From assembly GCA_046350815.1 (NCBI GenBank), contig JAXLZO010000001.1, positions 1,050,001-1,082,000 of the forward strand: a DNA stretch of 32,000 nucleotides, written 5' to 3'. The notes under the pieces are model-generated. The model had not been told where the DNA came from and made no database searches. It saw nothing but the letters and a program-made list of their open reading frames with translations. Of this stretch, positions 1-10,308 are shown piece after piece (positions within the stretch are counted from its first letter, which is position 1; each line of letters begins with the position of its first letter). Origin of the DNA: Candidatus Saccharimonadota bacterium (GTDB lineage: Bacteria; Patescibacteriota; Gracilibacteria; BD1-5; UBA2023). The position numbers and the translations under genes are program-made.

Positions 1-302
1 ATGGATGGCTCTATTTTCCAAAATCAAATTTCTCAAATGAATTCCTATTTTTATTATTCCAGACAATCAGACCTTTGCTCATTCAACAATGAAGTGGTAG
101 TGTATTTACAAACTTGAAGACAGATATTCTAAAAGATTTTGAGGCACCATTACCAGATGATGATATATTAAAGGCATTTGATAATGTTGTAAAACCAATA
201 TTTTCTAAGATATATAACAACTCGCTCCAAATCCAATCTCTCTCAAAAACTCGCGATACACTTCTGCCGAAGTTGATGAGCGGGGAGGTGAGGGTCGCTT
301 AA
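1..302 (+). CDS. hsdS: Type I restriction-modification specificity subunit HsdS, C-terminal part (5' end outside window)
   Basis: Frame 3 is open from the window edge to TAA 300-302 once the in-frame TGA at 90-92 is read as Gly. The tail ...QIQSLSKTRDTLLPKLMSGEVRVA is the conserved C-terminal helix motif of HsdS subunits. Confidence 0.7.
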
Positions 303-327
303 TTATTTTTTAACTAACTTTTAATTT

Positions 328-711
328 ATGTTTGAACAAGAAATTAAAAAACTGCAGGAAGTTTTAAAATATTCAAGGTTGTGTAATAATAGTGAACTCT
401 ATTGGTTAGAATTTAAAACCAAATTTAAAGATGAAGAATCTATGCTTGAGCTGTTAGGGAAAAATATTTCCGGAATAGCAAATTCATGTACCTATAATAA
501 CTATAAAATCCACTGTAAAAGTGGATTTTTAAAGACAAATGGTGGAGATGACGGGAACTGCCCCCGTGTCCTCTGAGGCTCATTGTATACCGGTACGCTT
601 ATAGAATATTTGGATTACTCCTATTTCACGAGAAATACTCAAAAAGAAATATGAGACCTTTGTGAATACGAATACCTATCACAAAGAGTGAAAGACTTGA
701 GTATTCGGTAA
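328..711 (+). CDS. Hypothetical protein (127 aa with two in-frame UGA-Gly)
   Basis: ATG 328. The track ORF stops at TGA 574-576 but the frame stays open through a second TGA (652-654) to TAA 709-711. No recognisable motif. Confidence 0.4.
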
Positions 712-1052
712 CTCGAAGATACAACTCATCCCACGAGCACGGTAGAATGTGAGGTTGTGAGCAGACCATCTGGCACTCATCCACAATGTGGAGGCTCTAC
801 TAGTAATGTATGTGTATTACAGAACTAGGCAAAAGCTGGCGCGAACGCTACCTTTGACTTGAAGGCTGAAAGCCCAGCGAAACTACGTTTTGCAGTTGTT
901 TTTGTCGGTGTTGATCACAGAAGTCGCCGACACCTCCTGAAGCGAGTAGACAACAAGACTATCTCAAAGTAGAATTCTTATCATCCCCATGGAACCAACT
1001 GCACACCCAGTATAATGAGAATGCCTTGGTGAGCAAGAATTATTATGACAAT

Positions 1053-1385
1053 TTAGCCTTCAGGATCAATATTTGATCCGCGCATACCAATACCACCTCA
1101 CCTGCCAATAGGATGTTCTTCAACGAGTGCACCCAAAGCCTCGAAATAATTATCATTCGCTTCTCAACAACTCTTGCAAATACTCCAATTTGGTTGATGT
1201 GGCTTTCAACATGTTGAACAAGCATGAGAGGCTATCAAATCCACTACAGCTCTTCGAATAGCATGAGAGTATTGATTCAATCCGGCAAGACTTACCTCAG
1301 AATAATCAGGCAATTCTCTATACAACTTAAGTGCAGCACGTTCGATTTCACCACGAGCACGAAATTCAGAAACATTCATGCTCAT
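1053..1385 (-). CDS. Hypothetical zinc-ribbon protein (110 aa)
   Basis: ATG at 1385-1383 and TAA at 1055-1053, with three in-frame TGAs. Two of them complete CxxCG knuckles (CSTCG ... CKSCG), the classic zinc-ribbon pattern. The competing 60-aa track ORF 1043-1225 is in another frame and has no motif. Confidence 0.5.
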
Positions 1386-1495
1386 ATAAACAATAGTTTA
1401 AAAAAATATCAGTGATAGTAATCACGTAAAACTTATTGTCAAAATAGAAAATATCGCATTAAATATTACATAACACTAAATAAAATTATTATTAC

Positions 1496-1524
1496 TTGAC
1501 ATTATATATATAAATGATTAATAT
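1496..1524 (+). promoter_or_regulatory. Putative sigma70-type promoter for the 1551 gene
   Basis: TTGACA (1496-1501), 17-nt spacer, TAATAT (1519-1524), about 27 nt upstream of ATG 1551. Confidence 0.4.
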
Positions 1525-1550
1525 ACGTTTGTTATCTATTTTCTATTGGT

Positions 1551-2684
1551 ATGAAAATTAACACAATTCTTGGCATCGCTGCCACAATTTTTGCTACGAC
1601 TCTTGTTACAACTACGCTCACGGCTCAAGCATATGATGTTAACGCATACAATATGGGAGCAAAATCAGATACAGACAATATGGTTCCTTATGCGAGTGAA
1701 ATGAGATTTGCTCCATACTACTGGAACTACAGCACTTCGGACAACCGCAGAACTGAAGTTACAAACTACCGTCGTATGGTCCCTGTAGTGGCTGGCGGAC
1801 GCACTATTACAAATGTAGAGGTAGATGACAGCTTCAACGGTCAATATATCTATACAAGCTGGCGCTACTACCAGGAACGAACTGGTCAAACAAGCTATCC
1901 AGCAAATGCGATTTGGGTAAATACACCGAACGGTTATGGATTTTATGTTTCAACAACAAATTCATATTCTCCGACTACCACTCAATCGATTGTTATATAT
2001 ATTGTATCAAGCGACAAACAAACCTATGATCCAAATGGAAAAATGGTTGTAAATCTCTCCGATCGCAACAATAGTAACAACTATAGTTACAATAATAACT
2101 CTTGGAACAACAATCTTAATGATTACTACCAAAGTTATAATAACTATAATCGTTGCCGAACGGTAACAGCTCAGGATGAATGGAAACAGACAAGTCTCAA
2201 TGTATGGACTCGCGTTCCAGGGGTAACTACCACAAAATGTGACGATAATTCCAATTCAAATAATTGGAACTGGTACAATAATAGTTATAATAATTCCTCA
2301 TCATGGAATTCATACAACTATTCAACACCTACATGGAGTATTCCAAGTAATTATAACAGTTATTACAACTATAATAACTACAACAATGGATACTACTATC
2401 CAACTACTATCGAACGTCCAAGCGAACCAACTCTTCGTATCAACTACAATACGGACAATCGGGCTGGCAAACTCGTATGGAATAATCCAGGATCTGTTCA
2501 AGCAGACGAATGGAAAATATTCGAGAATGGTATCCAGATTGCAGCATCTCGCATCAGCGGATCTAATCAATCTGGAGAATATAATCTCAGCGAAACACGC
2601 ATCGGTAGCGAATATCGTGTAGAACTCTGTAAAAATGATTTCTGTACAACTTCTAAAGCGGTTGTATCATCTGGTCGTTATTAA
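1551..2684 (+). CDS. Secreted Asn/Tyr/Ser-rich low-complexity protein with a C-terminal Ig/Fn3-like domain resembling the chitinase A N-terminal domain
   Basis: Uninterrupted 377-codon ORF with no TGA. Signal peptide MKINTILGIAATIFATTLVTTTLTAQA. Long N/Y/S/W tracts (NNSNNYSYNNNSWNNN..., NSYYNYNNYNNGYYY). The C-terminus KLVWNNPG...WKIFENGIQIA...SEYRVELCKNDFCTTSKAV matches the 'W..NG....Y.v.lCn..gC..S' pattern of ChiA_N-type domains. Confidence 0.8.
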   Translation: MKINTILGIAATIFATTLVTTTLTAQAYDVNAYNMGAKSDTDNMVPYASEMRFAPYYWNYSTSDNRRTEVTNYRRMVPVVAGGRTITNVEVDDSFNGQYIYTSWRYYQERTGQTSYPANAIWVNTPNGYGFYVSTTNSYSPTTTQSIVIYIVSSDKQTYDPNGKMVVNLSDRNNSNNYSYNNNSWNNNLNDYYQSYNNYNRCRTVTAQDEWKQTSLNVWTRVPGVTTTKCDDNSNSNNWNWYNNSYNNSSSWNSYNYSTPTWSIPSNYNSYYNYNNYNNGYYYPTTIERPSEPTLRINYNTDNRAGKLVWNNPGSVQADEWKIFENGIQIAASRISGSNQSGEYNLSETRIGSEYRVELCKNDFCTTSKAVVSSGRY

Positions 2685-2690
2685 AAATAA

Positions 2691-2714
2691 AAAATTCCCA
2701 AATGGGAATTTTTT
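2691..2714 (+). terminator. Rho-independent terminator of the 1551-2684 gene
   Basis: Stem AAAATTCCC (2691-2699) pairs with GGGAATTTT (2704-2712) around a 4-nt loop, followed by a T-run. Confidence 0.7.
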
Positions 2715-2731
2715 ATTTGGGAGAATACAAA

Positions 2732-2846
2732 TCCCTCTCTTGAGGAGTGGAAAAGTCGGGGTGGAGTAACCGAAGAAATGCAGTGTAGCAGAAAGGATGA
2801 CAAATATTTAATGATTCTGTCTCAAGAGAACAGAGGGTTACTTTTT
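2732..2846 (+). repeat. Copy C of the repeated intergenic element (5' module only); possible small structured RNA
   Basis: TCCCTCTCTTGAGGAGTGG (2732-2750) plus GGGGTGG (2758-2764) match the 5' end of the element at 22744. CCCTCTCTTGAG can pair with CTCAAGAGAACAGAGGG (2821-2837), followed by TTACTTTTT. It lies between two convergent terminators, and the 72-aa track ORF there is not protein-like. Confidence 0.35.
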
Positions 2847-2860
2847 CATAATGACGCAGT

Positions 2861-2895
2861 ATACAAAAAAGAAGATCCTGAAACAAGTTCAGGAT
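2861..2895 (-). terminator. Rho-independent terminator of the pilus operon
   Basis: 8-bp stem ATCCTGAA (2875-2882) pairs with TTCAGGAT (2888-2895). On the minus strand it is followed by CTTCTTTTTTGTAT. Confidence 0.65.
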
Positions 2896-2930
2896 AACAA
2901 AATGATCAGTACCAAAAAGTATACCATTCA

Positions 2931-4106
2931 CTATCCACCAATATTCTGAGAAAGATTCATAATAGGCTGCAGTACCGAGAGAGCAACACCGCCAACAACA
3001 ACCGCCATGAATACAAGAATAATTGGCTCAATGATCTTCGAAATGCCAGCAATTTGGAGATCTACCTCTTCATCGTAGAAAGTAGCGATTTTTACCACCA
3101 CCTTTTCAAGCTCTGCCGTCTCCTCTCCAACCTGTATCATGGAAGCAAGCATATCAGGAATCATCGGATCATCAGCGACACTGTCAGCAAGCTTGATACC
3201 ACGCTTGACATCCTCAGCCATGAGGAGAATTCTTTGCTTGTAACGTTCATTACCAACTGCAAAAGCCGAGATTTTAAGTGACTCAACCACCGTAACACCT
3301 GATCCGAGAAGATTGGAGAAAAGACGACAAAATTTTGAGAGAGCAACTTTTCGAATAATTTTTCCAAAGCCCAGTGGAATCTCAAGCATGATACTATCGA
3401 GAATGTATGCACCATTTCGAGTATTGTGATAAATTTTGAGCATAGCAATACCAATAATAACCGAGAGAATCATTGCGATCCAGTACGACTGAAAAAAATG
3501 TGAAATATTGATCAGAGTCTGAGTTGATGATGGAAGAGCTTGCCCCTCAAAAAGAGTCATGAGTTTTGGAATAACCACTGTCATGAGCACACCTACTGCA
3601 AGAAACATAACAGCAATGATCGTCATGGGATAAGTAAGTGCTCATTTCACCTTGCGAGTAATAGACGCCACCTTTTCTACTTGATCAGCAAGCTGCAAAA
3701 GGGCGCTATTGAGACGACCAGTCTTTTCGCCAGATTCAATGAGCGCGAGCTCTGTCTCGCCAAAGGTGTGTGGATAGAGCTCAAGAGCAGCAGAAAATGG
3801 AAGCCCTTGGCGAATCGATCCAAGAACCGATGCAATGAGCATCTTTGCTTTTTTGCTTTTCTCTTGCTTTTCAAGAATAGAAAGAGATCGCATAAGCGGA
3901 ATACCCGCATTCACCATAGTTGCAAGGAGGCGGTAGAATGCAACCTTCTGAGAAACATTCAGAAGTGAATTCCGAGGAAGCATTGCTTTAAGCACATCGA
4001 TAAAATCATGTTCTCGTGGAGCCTGCGTATCACCACTTTTATCTCGATCGATAATAATGAGTCCGTCATCGAGAGGTGTCTCAGATGTATTTGAAATATT
4101 TGGCAT
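2931..4106 (-). CDS. pilC: Type IV pilus / type II secretion platform protein (GspF/PilC family)
   Basis: Track ORFs 3642-4106 and 2931-3626 are in one frame, joined across TGA 3639-3641 (...RKVK-G-ALTYPM...). Duplicated GspF-type repeats and three hydrophobic segments give 391 aa. It lies immediately downstream of the ATPase. Confidence 0.9.
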
Positions 4107-4117
4107 AAAAATAGAAA

Positions 4118-5383
4118 TTAGTTTCCTTCTTTCGCAGCAGCATACACTTCTTCAAGCGAGGTATGTCAGAGAAGTGCTTTGATGATACCATCTTGTTCGA
4201 GTGAGATCATACCATCATCGATAGCGCGTTCATTAATCATCGTTGCACTTGCACCCGAGAGAATCAACTCTTTAATAGGAAGTGTGATTTCAAGAATCTC
4301 ATATATACCAACTCGCCCAAGATATCCAGTATGGTTACACTGATCACATCATGCAGCCTCGTAGAATTCAGAACGAGCGAGTATTTCTGGAGAAACACGA
4401 TCGATAAGCTCTTGTTTATCCGTTCGAGCAATAGCTCTCTTAAGGGAAGCTTGCATCGTTTGTGGTAATGTATCAGCTTTGATAGGCTTTCGACAGTTCT
4501 TACAGAGCCGACGAACCAGTCTTTGAGCAATAATTGCATTGATAGCAGCAGGAAGAAGAAATGGCTGTATTCCCATGTTCAGAATACGAGTCAATGTCTC
4601 AGCAGCAGAATTCGTATGGATCGTTGAGAGTACCAGATGACCCGTAAGAGCTGCCTCAATAGCAATATTGATCGTCTCATGATCACGAATCTCACCTACC
4701 ATGATAATATCAGGGTCCTGACGAAGCGCAGTACGAAGAGCACCAGCGAATGTATATCAGATGTCTGGAAAAATTTGTGATTGATTTACTCCATCGATCA
4801 CATTTTCAACTGGATCTTCGATCGTCATGATATTTACATCTTCATGATTGAGTGATGTGAGACAAGAATAAAGTGTGGTCGACTTACCAGATCAAGTTGG
4901 TCATGAGGTAAGAATAATTCCATTTGGAAGCCCGATCGCCTTTTGAAGCAATCTACCATTCTTTCCTTCGATTCCAAGATCTGAGATACTTGGAATTTTT
5001 TTGCTCTTATCTACGATACGCATTACAATCTTCTCACCATGCACGGTTGGAAGAGTCGAAACACGAAGATCAAGCGATTTATCCGGAAGAGTAATAGAAA
5101 TACGTCCATCCTGTGGCATGCGTGATTCATCAATCTTGAGATTTGCAAGAATTTTATAACGTGCGACAATCTGAGAATGGAGAAACTGTTGGTATTCGAT
5201 CGCTTCATAGAGAACTCCATCAATGCGATAACGAATACGAACAAATCCAGAAAGTGGCTCAACATGAATATCTGAAGCTTTCATAACCGCCGCAGCATTG
5301 ATAACAAGGTTACAAATAATTTGCGTATTCTCTCATTTGTATATTTCAGCAGAGAGTTCTTTGAGGAGTGGATGAGAAAGCAT
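4118..5383 (-). CDS. pilB: Type IV pilus assembly ATPase (GspE/PilB family, short form)
   Basis: One frame from ATG 5383 to TAA 4120-4118 with six in-frame TGAs. Motifs: ASDIHVEP, Walker A GPTGSGKST (both underlined Gly encoded by TGA at 4901-4903 and 4892-4894), [25 protein letters not shown], and the tetracysteine CKNC...CDQC motif. Confidence 0.92.
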
Positions 5384-5418
5384 AGAACAAAAAGATGGAA
5401 GAAATATGCAAATGAATT

Positions 5419-6513
5419 TTACTGAAAAGAATCGATAGTAGATTCAATCCGAAGCGAAAGAGAATTAAGAGATCGGGATGCTTCAGAAATTCGAATATCA
5501 AGAGATGTTTCTGCAAGACCGGATGGGGCAATAGAAATACTCTGAATTTGTCCATCAATTGAAGTAAGTTCTCGTTCAAATGCACTCAAAGAAGCGAGCC
5601 TTGGACCATCCTCTTTATTCTTCTTCATCGCGTCTGTAATTCTTGTATGAATATCGTGCGATCGCTCTTTCAATCGAGAGAGAAAATCACCATATTGAGC
5701 AGCACTTGGAGATCGAAGATAGAGCGAAAGTTGAAGTGTAGCGGTAATCTCACTATCGTCATCTACTCGAGGAATTTCACTTGGTACAAATCACGTAATA
5801 CGAACAAGTGGGCTTGAGAGAATTGCTTTAGGTTCAAGAGAAGATGATCAAGTAGAAGAACTAATACTCGGGAGAACTCCTGCAGTATTGATAAATTGTA
5901 CAAATTCATATACATCTTTACTGAGACCTCGAATTTCAAGATTTACCGGAAGGGTAATAACATTTTTAATACCACCGGTTGCACTCACTATCTGCATACC
6001 ATCAAAGCCAATATTCGAAGTCGATTGAAGATGATGTTTTGAGAGCCAATTCACTTCAATAAGACGAACATAGTCCGTGAGAGTAAGTTCCCCAGCCCCT
6101 AATGAAGTAGGTGAAATAATTGGAATAATCGATGTAATAAGTTCCTCTCGACGAGATATTTCAGAGAGAATATCATTTGATTCATATCGCTTTATTTCAT
6201 CTAAAATCCATGTTGCATAAGGCGATGTGATACCTGTTGGCTTAACAATAGTAGATGTAAAACGAGATCGATCACTCGAATCAAGATGCGCAAGAGATGC
6301 AAACGTATTGATATCATCTCTCGTCGGACCATCGTTAGTCAATTTATCCAATCGATCCTTGAGATCATTTGCTGATTGTATTTCGAGAGCGAGAGCACTT
6401 CGTTTTGGAATTATGTAACTATAGAGAACTCCTGAGAGAAGAACGATGACTAAAAATGAAATAATAATCGTTTGTGCCTGTGCTTTTTTGGGGGATATTT
6501 CTTTCATATTCAA
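5419..6513 (-). CDS. Bitopic membrane protein of the pilus operon (PilO/PilN-like position, no recognisable domain)
   Basis: Track ORFs 5848-6513 and 5419-5673 share a frame and are joined through TGA 5848-5850 and TGA 5791-5793, ending at TAA 5421-5419. N-terminal TM helix IIISFLVIVLLSGVLYSYII. The start may be TTG 6513 or ATG 6507. Confidence 0.6.
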
Positions 6514-6518
6514 ATAAA

Positions 6519-7361
6519 TTAAGGCATGAGAAGTGGAAGTGCTTGCAATTCAAGATCAAGGTGAGACTGAGTTCCACCCTCCTTGAGTAACTCAAAAGAA
6601 ACATTTTTTGGAGGATTTTTCAATCGAAACAGAGATACAGGAGATTCAATAGAGTCAATGAAATCGAGTGCAGCAACACGTGAGTTCATAAAAGAATTAT
6701 CAGTCGTCAGCTTATAGGGAGAGGAAATATCACACGATCATTTTAATTGCCCATCATCAGAAAGACTTACAATTTTACAACTATACTTCATACGCTGCGA
6801 TTCGCTCTTCCCAAGATTTTCAACGCTTTGTGATTTGTTCTTCACAAGATCTTCAAATGCTTTGATCATATCGAATACATTGTATCGATTTTGTGTATTT
6901 GATTTGATAAACACAACTTCTGGATTTTTATCAAAAAATTCTACCAATCAACGCCTATAAGCAAAGGTTGAGATCTGAGAATCATATTGTGTAAGAAGTG
7001 CTTGAGTATCTCATCGATATTTTTCCTGAAGTCATACAACACTCAGATTACCTGCGTTGGATTCCCCATGAACACCAAGAGCCATATAATTTGCAAGACT
7101 GGACGGTATGAAACTTGGAGTTACCGAACTCGAACGAACAAACACATCAAATGCAAGGAGTGCTATAATTACAACAGCGAGGCTTGCAAAGACATGTGAA
7201 ATAGTGGCAATGAGAGCCATGCGACTCGTATGTTTTTTAGGCAGTGCACCAGAACCATGTGAGAGTTCTTGAGAGAGCTCGGAAAATGGGTTCTTATCAT
7301 CCAAAACAGCACCCGCGCCAGAGGATGGTGGATTTTGATTTGGGATAGTAGTATTCTCCAT
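6519..7361 (-). CDS. Bitopic membrane protein, first gene of the pilus operon (hypothetical)
   Basis: ATG 7361. Track ORFs 7032-7361 and 6738-6947 are joined through in-frame TGAs at 7032-7034, 7011-7013, 6948-6950 and 6738-6740. TAA at 6521-6519. TM helix MALIATISHVFASLAVVIIALLAFDVFV after a Gly/Ser/Pro-rich N-terminus. Confidence 0.6.
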
Positions 7362-7404
7362 AAGATAAGAATAGATAGAAATTAAATCAATACCATACTA
7401 TCAC

Positions 7405-7444
7405 ACAAAATAAAAAAATACCGTAATTTTCTATTGCGGTATTT
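7405..7444 (-). terminator. Rho-independent terminator of dinG
   Basis: Stem AAATACCG (7416-7423) pairs with CGGTATTT (7437-7444). A minus-strand T-run TTTTTTATTTT follows. The dinG stop codon (7431-7433) sits in the loop. Confidence 0.6.
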
Positions 7445-10223
7445 CTATTTTCTGTTTTGATAATTTTTTTTCTCGATAAAGATCAAGAAAAGATCGAGAA
7501 GAAACATGATGAATCTTGAGTCAAGTTGGAAGAGCATCAGCAAGACGAGCCCCCCATGAAGTCGTCACCAACCGATCATCAAATATAATAATTACACCCG
7601 TATCTTGAGGAGATCTGATGAGTCGCCCTATTCCCTGTCGAAGTTTGAGAATCATTTCCGGAATAGCATATTCAGCAAATGGGTCGCTATATTCAGCAGA
7701 CCGAGCTATATAGATAGGATCTGTGGGGACGAGAAATGGAAGCTTGAATATCGAGAGAAGAGAAAGCCCATCTCATGAGATATCAATTCCTTCCCAGAAA
7801 GCATCTGTACCAAAAAGAGCACTCCCATGAGCATTATTTCGGAAAGATTCAAGAATTTTTTTTCGCGAACCATTTCACTGAGAATAAAGCTCGATTCCAC
7901 TTGCCTTGAGGCGCTGTTTCACGGCTTGACTCGCCTCTCGAACCTGATCGTACGAAGTGAAAAGACCGAGCGTTCGGCCATGATTGATCTCGATTGCTTC
8001 ACCAAGTATCTCATAAGCCCTTTCGCGTGCTATGACCGACTTGATATTCGATATGTCAGATGGGATCAGCACCACCGCCTGACGGCTGTAATCAAAAATT
8101 TCACTATATTGAAGTTGACGTACTCACACCATACCAAGACGATTGCAGATGTAATCAAAATTTCCATTGATAGCAAGTGTTGCTGAAACACCAATAACAA
8201 CACCAACATCTTGAATATAGGATTGAAGATGTTCGGAGATACGAATCGGTGCATAGGATAATAACACTTGATCTCTGCGTTGATTGATCGATCTCACTAC
8301 ACCTGGACTCGCATTAAAATACATCTGAAGAAATGTGATACCATCATGGAATGTTCGCTGAATCATTTGGGTAAATCGGAGAGATTTCCCCTCAAGAAGT
8401 GTGTCAATCGCCTGTACATGGCTTGAGAGTGATGAGAGGAGAAATGATTTTTGGCGGAAAGTATCATCTGAGAGGATATTCGCATCAACATAGACCTCGT
8501 AGGTTTTTCCCCTCCCATATCCCCCACCTTGATCGCGACCAAGCGAATTACTGATTTTTTCATGATCAAGTAGGAGCGATACGAGCATTTCCATCTCGAG
8601 AAGCGTACTCTCACTATGTCGAACAAAATCATCAAATACTTCTCGTCCAAGTTTGACCTCGAAATCACTACGTCTCGATGCAAAACGGTCACATAATTTC
8701 TTGATAGATTCAATATCGAATCGAGCAGTCATCACACTCGTGATCGAGGACTCAAGAGCATGAGTCTCATCAACAATAAGCGCTCCAACATGTGGCATAA
8801 TACGATTCATAATATCCGACTCGATCTCCGTTGCGAGGAGAGAATGGTTGATCACGATAATATGAGCTTGTGCAGCTCTCTCACGAGCACATACAATCGG
8901 CTCGAGATCAAAATAAGGATTAGATTGAGAGAGTGTTTGTGGATGCGATGCATTGAGAGTTGAGAGGAGTGTCATATCACTCGCATACCAATTCATAGCA
9001 TCAATATCACCGATGGGATCATCATGAATTATTCGAAGCATACGCATCATGAGTATGGCATCTCGAAGAGAATAATGAGATTCTTCGAGTGCGTCGATCA
9101 CCCCAACAAGCGATACATAGTTCGATCGCCCTTTGAGAAGGGTATATGAGAGATCAATATCTGCACCTTTTGCTATAGTTGCGAGTCGAGGAAGATCTTT
9201 TTCAAAGAGTTGATCTTGGAGTGCTTTTGTACGAGTAGATATAGCTATATGACCCTTGGTAGTGTTCGTATAAGCAATAGATGGGAGGAGATAACCGAAA
9301 GTTTTTCCAATACCTGTTGGTGCCTCAATCAAGATCGATGTTTTACTTTCAAGGCAAGAGAGTATCTCTTGTTGCATTTCTCTCTGTGTTGGTCGTGGCT
9401 CCATACCACTCTTTTCATCAAATATTTTGGTCAAATGCTGAAATACATGCTGTGCACTTTCGTCACTTCTCGCATCTTCGTTTTCTTGCTCAATAATAGA
9501 TGCTTCAAAATCAGAAATTGGAAGTACTTTTTCTCTCGCTGCCAAGATAGATTCTCGAATATTATCATAACTTGCAAGCTCGAGAGAGCGAGCATTTTCA
9601 AAAAACTGTCGAAATGGATGCCTAGTATCAAGACGGGAGAGTATATAACTATACCATGTCCAGAGAGTTGTTGGTACTCATTCAATTTCTCATTCAAATT
9701 TTGCGAGCAAATCAAGGCTCGCAGCAGCATCACTCCAAGCACGATGTGCATCGGTATGAGTGATCTCATAATATTCCGAGAGTGTTGTGAGTGAAAGTGA
9801 TGCAAGATGTGGTGGTGCGAGAACCTGAGCTAAAGTGAAAGTATCGAGCTCCGTAGTGTTAGCAAGAATTGCAATCGTCTCATCTCCATCGGAAGATCTT
9901 CTCAATCCATTAGACGCAAGAAATTCGGTATCAAAACGAATATTATGGCCAACAATACAGGCCCCATCAATACGATCAGCAACATCATTGATAATCTCTT
10001 GAATATCAGGAGCATCATCCACCTCTGCCTGAGTAATTCCTGTGATATCAATAATTTCTTGAGTGAGTGGTTGCTCTGCATGGACAACTGTTGTATAGAT
10101 CTCGCGCTCAGCTCACGGGATGGGAGTAACAATACCAATCTCGATAATCTCATGATTACGATGATCGAGACCTGTTGTTTCAAGATCCAGACCTACATAG
10201 CGAATCTGCTGTAATGATGCCAT
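7431..10223 (-). CDS. dinG: DinG-family ATP-dependent helicase fused to an N-terminal DnaQ-like 3'-5' exonuclease domain (930 aa)
   Basis: Single frame from ATG 10223 to TAG 7433-7431, joining track ORFs 9690-10022, 8124-9545 and 7875-8075 through in-frame TGAs. Exonuclease motifs are GLDLETTGLD, GHNIRFD and HRAWSDA. Helicase motifs are EAPTGIGKT and IVDETHAL, plus the C-terminal RLIRS...G.. region. Confidence 0.9.
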
Positions 10224-10308
10224 ATTTTTTGGCTACTATAAGGAGGAGCTGGGAGAATGCAAAACAAAGAGTATTGAAAGGATAGAATCGTCTGTATTTT
10301 GCATAATT

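Noticed and set aside
712-1052. tmRNA, SRP RNA or riboswitch in the GC-rich patch
   Set aside because: On either strand there is no GGGGCUGA...UUCGAC 5' end or T-arm/CCA 3' end, no GGAAGCAGCC SRP motif, and no B12 box. It is kept only as an unexplained region.
1043-1415. Track ORFs 1043-1225 (-) and 1224-1415 (+)
   Set aside because: The first is a different frame of the zinc-ribbon gene with no motif. The second is antisense to it. The ATG-1385 frame with CxxCG knuckles is the better model.
1665-2622. Overlapping track ORFs inside the N/Y-rich gene (1665-1889, 2239-2622, 2322-2570)
   Set aside because: These are frame and antisense shadows of a low-complexity AAT/TAC-rich coding region. 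The 377-aa frame has a signal peptide, promoter and terminator.
2746-2764. RNase P RNA: GGAAAAGUCGGGGUGG resembles the P4/CR-I GGAAAGUCCGGGC element
   Set aside because: The element is only about 115 nt, and its motif occurs in three copies. The other universally conserved RNase P regions (GGUAAGAGC, ACAGAACCCGGCUUA) are absent.
2713-2931. 72-aa minus-strand track ORF between pilC and the 1551 gene
   Set aside because: It spans two terminators and the repeat motif. The sequence is not protein-like and there is no start context.
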